The notes below the pieces were generated by a model. The model was not told where the DNA came from and did not search any database. It saw only the letters and a list, made by a program, of their open reading frames with translations. The position numbers and the translations under genes were made by a program. A stretch of 62,199 nt of DNA, the filler included, from Choristocarpus tenellus KU-1152 (lineage: Eukaryota; Protista; Phaeophyceae), in the NCBI GenBank assembly GCA_964200185.2. It is 12 parts of 12 records of this genome, joined end to end, with 100 filler letters (N's around TTAATTAATTAA, not from the genome) between each part and the next. Parts side by side here need not be neighbours in the genome. Positions count along the whole stretch, not along the records: positions 50,760 to 54,468 come from CAXNAD020018384.1; positions 54,569 to 59,317 come from CAXNAD020013217.1; positions 59,418 to 62,199 come from CAXNAD020024801.1; 9 more parts are not named here. One strand, written 5' to 3'. This document shows positions 51,217 to 60,348 of the stretch, piece after piece. How positions within the stretch are numbered: position 1 is the stretch's first letter; each line of letters begins with the position of its first letter.

Positions 51217-51474
51217 AAGTGAAAATATCTTAGAGGGTACGAGTTTTGATCTGTTTGTCCATTTGGGGCTTGGCTTCCCATGGGGTTTTTTATTACATTT
51301 TCCTACCCCAAAATATTTCGGAGTAGGTAAAATGTGTACGTTATGAAAAGTGTCCGGAATAAGGATATTAACACTTCCTAACAAAAACACGATAGCCAAA
51401 ATTACATCAAAATCGCAACATTGAATTTTGGCCCCCAAATGGACAGGGTCCTACCCTCTAAGATACTTCGGCTC
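51217..51474 (-). mobile_element. MITE family B inserted in the LINE, 4-bp TSD
   Basis: This is the reverse complement of the 49621 copy, with TSD CTAC (51213-16 / 51475-78). Confidence 0.88.
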
Positions 51475-51552
51475 CTACGCCAAATTGTCTGAATAAATAC
51501 GCAAGAAGTGGCACTGTCTAGACGTTTCATGCGTTTTAAGCTGGAATCACCA

Positions 51553-51809
51553 GGGTGAAATCATCTTAGAGGGTACGAGTTTTCCCATATTTGTCCATTT
51601 GCGGCTTGACTTCCCACGGTTTTCTTATAACATTTTCCTCCCCCAAAATGTTTCGGAGTAGGTAAAATGTGTATGATATTAAAAGGTGTATCCAGAACAA
51701 GGATATCGATACTCCTTCACAAACACGATAGCCAAAATTAAATACAAATCACAACGTTGAATTTGATCCCCGAATGGACGCAGCTCTACCCTTTCAGATA
51801 CTTTGACTC
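51553..51809 (-). mobile_element. MITE family B inserted in the LINE, 4-bp TSD
   Basis: GGGTGAAATCATCTTAGAGGGTA...TACCCTTTCAGATACTTTGACTC with TSD ACCA (51549-52 / 51810-13). Confidence 0.88.
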
Positions 51810-53660
51810 ACCAGGGAGACGGGCACGGAGAGGTTTATTAGATTCTTGGGATGCCTCCCTAGCTCCTCCCAGGGCACAGGTATTATAGGTAGATTGGAGA
51901 CACAGGAGGGCAGTAGTACAACGTAGATAGTGGTGAAGTAACAAATATATTAGGGTTTTTCACATGTATGACATTTTATTTCTTTAGGGTTTGTACTGAC
52001 AACGTGTATATTTTTCATTGGTTTCCCCCCTGACACATCTGTAAAATGTTAGAGGCATAATAATATAAAACGTGAAAAGCATTATGGCGTCAGTAAGACC
52101 CTCGGGGCAACACTCAAAGGTTTGATGATCTCATAGAAGAATGATCCAATCGAGGCTACCAATTCGCATTTGTTTTAGCTAACCAAAAAGCTACAAAAGC
52201 TACATTGTACAAGGAGAAGACTCACCATGGATTGGGTACCATCATGGGAGATGCACGCGTTATGTTTGATAGCATGTCACACCCTTTCGCTGCTTCAGTT
52301 GAATCCCTGATCGTTAGGCAGGAACTAGGACTACCTCGCCAGAACAGGACATCCATGCACGATGAGATACCAAGCCAAACTTCGCTGCCATACCAAAAGG
52401 TTGTCAACAGTGTACTGGCAACCCTCGTACCGATGCTTCAACCCGTTTTAACCCAGAGCTCCTCGCCCGCTGTCTGTGCTGCCGTAAACAAACAACCTGC
52501 TTGGGTTCCTGCGAAGTACGGATCTCATTCATTCCAAAAAGCGATGCATCAAAACCAGTTCGACCAGTCACATCCGTTCCCCAGCCTGTGCTTCGATCCC
52601 CACTTGCTTTAGCCATAGACAGGGCGAGCGATAGAAGTCGACACCATTCGGACAAAGACCTACCTCCATCGCTCAATCCACTGGGGAATGTCCAGGGAAG
52701 GGTTGAAATAGACAGAAACTAACACGAGCCACGGCAGACTGCTCTTTCGTCACAGGGCACGCACTGACAGTGTTGAAGATGGTTTGAATTTGCCCGTCAC
52801 CTTGGGGTGGCGCTTCTTGTTTTTTGCATTTTTTCTTTTTGATAGTGAATTTCATTTTGCGCAATCCGGTGTTGGTAGTGGATTTTCTTGTCGCTGTTAT
52901 AGAAATTTGGATGATGTATTTCATTTTGCGGAACTCTATTGTTTCATAGGAACCTTGAAGAATTTGTACTAAAACTTCCACGCAACGAACATCAAAAGTT
53001 TCAAGGGATGGAAGGCCGTCTCGACAAGAGTGTAGAGTTGTTGTGACATACCTTTATGGAAGAACAGTGCTAAATCTTCTTCTCCATAACCTCTGATCTC
53101 CAGACCAGTCGGGATCTCTGACTTGGGATATCTAAAAATGATTCCCTTCAGATGTCGGACGTGAGTGTGAGACATGACTACTTTTTCCAACAGGGTCTCT
53201 TACTTGAACAGAAGTTTCCCCACAAGCCTGGAGCTTCATCAGGAGATCCTGAAGACATTCAGGTGGCATGACATTCGTTCTTGCACACTCGTTGATGAGG
53301 TGCGCCTTGAGCACGGGAATGGTATCACCGAACTGTGCCTGCGAGTGACCACTTCACGAGTAGTTGAAGGTGGTGAGGAAAGAGGATTGTCCCGAAAAAG
53401 GACACGACAAGTACTTATCACGGTCGCCCAAGATGACACAGTGCTCGAGGGTTGACGACACTTTTCCTACCCTAACCTACCTGCCCATGACGACCTGTAA
53501 AGTGGATCTAGAGTTATTCGTGATTAGCGGTAATCACTTTTAACCAAAGAAGCAATTCTTATCGACTCTAAAGGTTATGACAATCGATATGTCCGATTAA
53601 GTAAGATTTTGTACTTCAAATACGTTGAGGGTTAGGGTTGTTTTTTGACGTTACTGTAAA

Positions 53661-54166
53661 TTGGAAACATACAAGATCAATTAAGTACGTGATTGATATC
53701 TCGAAAAATACAAATCGCTACTGATATAATTGTATTTTTTGAAAATATAAATCACGGATATAATCTGATCTACAACTTCCAAAAAATGTAACGCACGGAT
53801 TTTCAGGATTGGTGGGATCTCAGAGTGGTCCCACCGATCGTCCGAGGATCAAACAAAGTTTATTTCTGAACATTGGAAACGTACAATAAGATTTAATTAT
53901 ATGATTGGTATCTAGATACAAATCACTGATATAATTGGATTTAAAAAAAATAGAAATCACGGATATAATCTGATTTACAACTTCCGAAAAATGTAACGCT
54001 CGGATTTTCAGGATCGGTGGGTTCTCGGGGTGGTCCCACCAATCGCCCGAGGATCAAACAAAGTTTATTTCGGAACATTGGAAACGTACAATAAGAATTA
54101 ATTATATGATTAATATCTTAAAAAATACAAATCGCTGATATAATTGGATTTTAAAAAAATAGAAAT
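53661..54166. repeat. Tandem repeat, ~205-212-bp unit x ~2.4, with a GGTGGG..CCCACC hairpin in each complete unit
   Basis: Units start TTGGAAAC(A/G)TACAA at 53661, 53873 and 54078; a further unit head lies at ~54369. The array is interrupted by MITE B at 54167. Confidence 0.9.
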
Positions 54167-54268
54167 GAGCCAAAGCATCTTACAGGGTAGAGCCGCGTCC
54201 ATTTGGGGGTCAAAACACAATGTTGTGATTTTGATTTAATTTTGGCTATCGTGTACCCTCCTAAGATA
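54167..54268 (+). mobile_element. MITE family B, internally deleted copy
   Basis: GAGCCAAAGCATCTTACAGGGTAGAGCCGCGTCCATTTGGGGGTCAAAA... is joined directly to GTACCCTCCTAAGATA. Confidence 0.7.
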
Positions 54269-54973
54269 GTTTTATTCTTTAAGAATACAAATGTCCAACA
54301 AGTTCAGATTTTGTATCTCAAAAAATTGGAGGGTGCCATTTTTCTTTTCACCTCTTGGTTTCTGGACGTTGGAAACGTACAAGATCAATTAAGTATGTCC
54401 TACTACCACCTTCGGCATGGATTCCCATTCAAAAAGGGGCCCTTAAAAAGTGCCGCAACATTTACAAANNNNNNNNNNNNNNNNNNNNNNNNNNNNNNNN
54501 NNNNNNNNNNNNTTAATTAATTAANNNNNNNNNNNNNNNNNNNNNNNNNNNNNNNNNNNNNNNNNNNNGTTCCCCCCCCACGCGATTCCCTCTCTTTTCC
54601 CCCCCTTCGCTCTTTTTGGTTTGGGGGGGGGGGGGGGGGGGGGGGGGGTATCATTTTGAGAGAACAGGACGTGCTTTTGCCTTTTGAAATGATTCGTGAG
54701 TACTGTTTTATTTTTACTCTGCAAGAACCGCAACAGGCAATTTTATTATTAATTTTATTATTGTAGTCAAAATAACATTTCTTTTTTTTAATGTTTAGTA
54801 CTTGTTCCGCACAAGTTTTTATTTATTTATTGTACATTGATTGCCACACCGCTGTAAACACAGCTATGCCTTTTATTTTTATTTATCTTTTTCTCTTTCA
54901 TTTCCTTTTTTTTATTTTTATATTCTCATTTCCTTTTTATTCTTATTTTTATTTTTATATTCTGACTCAAAAG

Positions 54974-57900
54974 GTGGGAAACAAGTTTGTGAACCCGTCC
55001 AAGAGCATGTGCATGGAGAGCGCTGTTGAGCTGGACACGCTTGCCGCCAAGGCCACCTCGGAGGGCATCTCTACACCGCCTTCTGGGGATTGCATGGATG
55101 CAGCGCCATTTGAGGGCAAGGCCTATGCCCAGGTGACACTTGGGTTGCATTGATGTAGTGATGTAGTGAATTGTTTGCATTTGGGGGTATGAGATGCTTG
55201 CAGAGGTTGTTGATTTAGTTAGTTATCTAGCTGGGGGGGTTTTATTTAAAAAAAAGAAAGATATTCCGGTATCATCTTGCCGTCGCTTGTGGAGTAAATG
55301 CCATGTTAGAGGGGAGTCTATCCCAGTCCTCTGGGTGATGCTCTGTCCTCCATGCCTGAGACATGCCTGAGACAAAGCTGACCACCCTTGGGATGATGTG
55401 TGGATAAGGAAGAGGTGATTGGGGTGATTGATATTTGTCCATCTTGGTGTAAAAGTTTCCACCTAAGAGTGGTAGAAGGTAGAAGTATGTGTACCAGAAT
55501 GCTCTCATAGAGGTCCAAAATGCTTCATGAATCCCCTCCCCCCCCTTGAAGATGGACAACTCTTTCCACAAGTCACCGAAGCCCTTGGTTTAGTCTCTTT
55601 GACAGAGTATATTGTTGTTGCTAAGGTACTTGAAAAATATTTTTTGCAGAGTCTCAGGGTTCAAGTAGTGTGTACAAAGATAGTGTATACGAAGATAGTA
55701 TATACAAAGATAGTGTATACAAAGGTAGTGTATGTAGTGGGATGTTAGTGACAAGACCTCTTCTGTGCAGTACTACCTGGTACTGCCTGGTACCTCTTGA
55801 GGTTCAGAATAGTACAACGTAAACTATATTGTTGTAGGGTTAGGGTGAGGTGATGCCATTTGGTAGTGCCTATCTGGGCTGTTTGAGTTCTTCGTGTTTG
55901 AATATTGAATACTGAATATTGAATATTGAATACAGGTGGAAAAGGGGATTAATTGTTCTTTTGCTTGATTTCTGTCGGGTAACATAAAAAAAACAAAAAA
56001 CATCTTGATTGTCAAAACCAAACAAAACGTCCGATGATATCGCTCGTTTGTGTGTTGTGTGTGTTGTGGGTTTGCATGCATGTCGACGGACACCTTATAT
56101 ATATATATATATATATATATGCACGCCCATAAATGCTCTACTTTTTTATTTTATTCCTGCCTAGAGCATCCGGAAAAAAAAAAGTGTTTGATTTGAACGA
56201 ATGATTTGTTGTTGGGTGGGTTTTTGTGAAAATATGACTTAAGTACTTGCAGTAATCAGGTAGGGTTAGGGTTAGGAGTTAGGGTTACATTTGATGTTGT
56301 CTTGTGAAAGTCTCGTAACTAGAAAACACATACCCGCAAGTGAGATGTGTCCTTACAGTACTGGTACTGGTACTGTTATTGGTACTGGTACTTTTATTGG
56401 TACTGGTACTGGTACTGGTACTCTCAAATGTGGTTCACGGTACTGTTTTCCCTGGCTAGTGGGTGTTTATGGAACATTCAATTCACAGACCACAGATAGG
56501 TGTGTTTGGCTTTCAACCAATCCAATCGATCCAATCTTCTCAACTGCACCTGCGTGTGTTGCAGTGCTCTGTACATCGTATGTATTCCCGCTATAGTTAT
56601 CTGCTGACACTCATGAAGACAACCAACCGCTTCGACGGGCTTGCGTGCTTTCCAGAACTTCAACTTCAACTTCGGTTTGTTGATGCATGGGGTGTGGGTG
56701 TTGGAGACCAATGCCATAGGAAGTAGAGGCCTAGTTAGACACCATCAGACATTCACTGCGGCAACAAAGCCAAGATTTGTTGCCCATTGTCCTTCTTGTT
56801 TTTGTATTTAGGGTGTTTGGTGTTGACAGTTTTACCAAGATCACTGCACTCACCACTGTCTGCAGTGGTAAGTAGTACTGTGTGTAGTAGCAGTGTGTAG
56901 TAGCAGTACCCACAAGAATTGTGGAAGGCTTGGTTTGTTGTTGAACAGGGCTGTTTGTTTGCTCCTTGAGTTTTGGGCCTTTTGGGCGGTGATGTACTTC
57001 TCTCAAACCCTTAACCCTAAGATAATCACAGTTCAAGAAGTTAAGAATTAAATCAGGTACAAAACGCAGTTCATTTTTTTTTTTTTTAAGTAATATTTTT
57101 ACGTGTTTCCAGTTTGAATGTTAGGAACATTCTTTGTGGTCCTCTCACTTACGCTGCGCGTGGTGCATTTACAGTGGTGTTCCGAGCAAAGAGTAATTCC
57201 TGCCGTACCTCCCTCTCCTCTCCAGCATACGTCCCTCTTCTCGACCCTGGGGTTAAAATGCTAGGTCTCTGTTAGTCACAGTCGGACAAGAGTAGGCCTT
57301 TGCTGTGTGTGTGTGCTATGTGTGTGAAGAGCAGCAAGAACACTTCACGAACAGCGTATCTTTTTTTTTGTCATGTTTAGTCAAAATGAGGTATGATTGG
57401 TACTGTTTAGTCAAATGAGGTATGATTGGTAGTATGGTAGTGTGGTAGTTCAACTTTCCCGCTGTAACCCCTCAGTGTTACTACATTCTTTCTACGTAAT
57501 TATTCGATGATTGAGAGCTTAGACGTCTTATGTGCAGTTGAGGTGTCTAAATGTAACTTTGGGCTTGGAAGTAGCTAACAGGGAATCAATCGCATTTGTG
57601 GATTCTTCTTGTTGAAGGCATCACGGGCCAGGGCCAGGGCCAGATAGACACCAATTAAGCAAAATCGCACTATGGGGCGAATATTCATTTAACATGATTG
57701 TGTTCAACTAGAAATCGTTGAACTACAGGTACAAGGAGAAGGTTATGGTGACAGTTACAAGCAAGTATCCACTGACAAGCGTCTAGCAATTCTTACTCTA
57801 ATATTTTTTGGATTATTATTATTATTGCTATTGTTACTGTTACCGAACTTTGAATGACAGAATATCGTTCATACTTTGAATATGGTCAGTCTCATCCTTC

Positions 57901-58070
57901 CCTGGGTTAAACACACACACACACACACACACACACACTCATTCCTCTTCATGCCTGCCTGCCTGCCTGCCGGGCTGTTTTGATTCTTCCCCCAGATATC
58001 AATGAGGAAGTCCACGTGGGAGACGGTGCCAGAACCATATCGCTTGGGGGAGGTTGGAAGTATGATCTAG
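54974..58070 (+). CDS. 3' three exons of a gene of unknown function (5' part not found, upstream of the gap at 54469-54568)
   Basis: Exons 54974-55132 (VGNKFVNPSKSMCMESAVELDTLAAKATSEGISTPPSGDCMDAAPFEGKAYAQ), 56597-56674 (LSADTHEDNQPLRRACVLSRTSTSTS) and 57996-58070 (ISMRKSTWETVPEPYRLGEVGSMI*). Each has an AG acceptor (the first and last behind clear pyrimidine tracts) and the internal exons have GT donors. All lengths are multiples of 3, and the exons are GC-richer than their flanks. I recognise no domain. Confidence 0.6.
55667..55738. repeat. 15-bp minisatellite (intronic)
   Basis: (AGTGTATACAAAGAT)-like unit, ~4.5 copies. Confidence 0.85.
56260..56287 (+). repeat. Interstitial telomere-like (TTAGGG)n tract; similar tracts at ~6324, 11619, 16050, 17078, 41411, 43862, 44395, 44592, 46686
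   Basis: 2-4 tandem TTAGGG/CCCTAA units at each site. Confidence 0.75.
56358..56421. repeat. (ACTGGT)n hexamer microsatellite
   Basis: Read directly; imperfect. Confidence 0.85.
57911..57970. repeat. (AC)n and (TGCC)n microsatellites upstream of a splice acceptor
   Basis: Read directly. Confidence 0.85.
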
Positions 58071-59417
58071 ACGCAGATTGTGGTAGAGAGTAGCATATGA
58101 TACCTCTCCTGGAGTTGAATAGTGTTTTATTTTCTACCTACCAGGCACTGAGTAGTTCAAAAGGGGGGGTGGGGGTGTATGAGCATGTTCGACTGGCTGT
58201 GTTTATTATTTCATTGGTCGTCGGTTTGCTTTTTTTTCTCATCAAATCAAGAGATAAAAAAGAGCCAGTTTGTTTTTTCTGCTTGTTTTTGTTGTTGTCC
58301 TTACGTGTGTTGCTGAAGTATCTATGGTGAAAGAAGAGGCGTTTTTTTTTTAGTGTGGTCGGAGTAATGGAGTGGAGCAACGTGGGATATTTATCTGGCG
58401 ATTATTTTTTGTGTAATCGTTCCGAGAATTGGATAGAGACTTTTCTGAGAGGCCATCACTGTGCTCCATTATGCATTATATTAAGAATGCTATTTAATTA
58501 TCAAAATTGCTACTCTTGCTGTTTCTACAAGAGGGTGGTAATTGTTTTTGCTCACACAGGGCCTTGGGCTTACGTACTTCTTCTGCCTTTTCAATGTTTT
58601 GGTTGGGGATCTGTTACCAGTATACTTTTGATAGTTTTATAGTTGACTGCACCATTGATCGGTGATGGAAAGAGGCCTAGATGGAGTATGCCATTTCAGG
58701 GAGTCCTGATATTCCGTATTGTGGCAGGAGATCATGTGTGCACACCAGATCTTTTTGCTAGTGTTCGTGTCTGTTTAGATGAGGAGTTGATTCCCTCTTC
58801 TTCAGTGGTGGCAGGTTGACAAAGATTCCACTCTGGAGCAGTTTGACATTGTTGTTCTCCAGCTCAAGGAGTGAGAAACTCATGAGTGAGTACAGGACTC
58901 CTAGTAGAGGAGAGGTAGGTTGAAGTTGAAAGATAAGCCACTGCTCTGCACCCAGAGCAGTAGGCTGCACACAGTTATGGGTGGACTGTATGCTTGACCA
59001 GGTTATTTCAGTTTTTCTTACTTATGGGCTAAGTGCGCTCATTTGTGAGGTGGTAGCTTTTGTTGTGAGCCCTTTGCAAGACGTATCTCATCATGACCGG
59101 ATCACGTTAAATATTTCAAGGAGTATGTATGTAGCACAAGGTGTGGCATGAGTTGCACACACATTTGCACGGACAGATGGTAGAGACTGTAGTGTGTGTG
59201 TGTGTGTGTAAGCATGTATGTTTTAGTTGTTCTCCATGTGCAATTTATCGGTGATAAGGGTGGATGTAGGTAGGTGTGTATGATTGTATCAATGATGATG
59301 ACGCATTTGTCGGAGGGNNNNNNNNNNNNNNNNNNNNNNNNNNNNNNNNNNNNNNNNNNNNTTAATTAATTAANNNNNNNNNNNNNNNNNNNNNNNNNNN
59401 NNNNNNNNNNNNNNNNN

Positions 59418-59485
59418 GTATATAGTTTTCATTGTTTTCCCCTGACACATGTGCAAAATGTCAGAGGGCATAATAATAAAATTAA
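59418..59485 (+). repeat. Dispersed ~70-bp AT-rich repeat (family C); other copies at ~3365-3430 (-), ~38576-38640 (+), ~52005-52070 (+)
   Basis: The shared core is approximately TATAGTTTTCATTG..CCTGA...TGCAAAATGTCAGAGGGCATAATAATAAAA. Confidence 0.7.
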
Positions 59486-60009
59486 AGTTACTATATATAA
59501 GTAAATATTTATAATTTTAAGACATAAATTTACGCTTCCACATATACATGAATAGTTAACATATGTTTAACTTAAAATGATTACTTGAGATATATATTTT
59601 TGAGTATTTGAATCTTTCTGCGAAGGAAACAACAATTCACTAAAGTATGAAGTTTTCTACTTTTTTTCTTCTAGAAAAAGGAACTTTGTTCAGGTAGTAT
59701 GGGGAAAACAAGATTTTCATTCTTTCTTGTTTTTTATACACATATATTATTATGTTTATATACTTCTGACGTTCTAATATTTGATTTTTCTAGAACTAAA
59801 ATGAAGTGGACTGTTCCACTATCAACGATGTCTCGGTTTCACGGCATGTGATATCAACAATTTTGATAGTCGAAACACTTCCAATTCCTTCCACAAACAC
59901 ACATCCATTCCACACCTTCGTTAATCGCCAGCTCTACAGTCCTCCATCCCCACAACCAAAACATCAAGAGGGTTGGGAGGAGGTACCATCGCTGAAAGGA
60001 AAGGGGAGT

Positions 60010-60348
60010 ATGTTGTCAATGACTTTCTTCGCGAGGATGGTTGTGCTGATGATCGCAATGATCTGCTTTGCGGCACCTCCAGCACATTGTGCAGATGTGG
60101 ATGCAGCGAAGGCCCCTGAGTTGTTCCAGCTTCTGGAATTGAACTTGGATGAAGCTGCTGGTAACAGAAATCTCCAGTCCATGACACCATCTCCTTCTGT
60201 TATGGATTCAATGTATATGTCCATGACACCAACAGCTACGCCTACGGCAGCCCCGACCTCGTCCGAAGTCAGCGGTGCACAAGTGTCTGCCCCTTCCATT
60301 ATTTCCGCTGCTGCAGTTGTCTTCGCGGCCCTCGCGTTTGCCCTCTAA
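60010..60348 (+). CDS. Small secreted, probably GPI-anchored AGP/mucin-like peptide (112 aa), intronless
   Basis: The sequence reads: signal peptide MLSMTFFARMVVLMIAMICFAAPPAHC|A; acidic pro-region ending RNLQ; Thr/Pro/Ser/Ala-rich core MTPSPS...MTPTATPTAAPTSS; omega-like SGA; hydrophobic C-terminus IISAAAVVFAALAFAL*. The true start is most likely ATG 60010 or the next Met, not the GTG at 59806. Confidence 0.85.
   Translation: MLSMTFFARMVVLMIAMICFAAPPAHCADVDAAKAPELFQLLELNLDEAAGNRNLQSMTPSPSVMDSMYMSMTPTATPTAAPTSSEVSGAQVSAPSIISAAAVVFAALAFAL

Larger units (their letters stand above)
50760..51950 (+). mobile_element. 3' end of a CRE-like non-LTR retrotransposon (restriction-like endonuclease domain), interrupted by two MITEs
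   Basis: ORF 50773-51201 reads H..MVKRL...RMDLV...LLLDV...AAAAKARKHTHY...FTVESFGCLGKKAECFL. This fits the RPD-DV-KxxxY-VExFGxLG RLE signature of early-branching LINEs. The frameshifted tail RKGVVRSRLRQIV*INTQEVALSRRFMRFKL is restored when the MITEs plus one TSD copy each are removed. Confidence 0.8.

Noticed and set aside
53661-54166. CRISPR-like array because of the repeated hairpin
   Set aside because: Whole ~210-bp units are repeated with no unique spacers, there are no cas genes, and the context is eukaryotic.
55527-55748. ORF with KIVYT repeats
   Set aside because: It is the translation of an intronic 15-bp minisatellite, with no splice or homology support.
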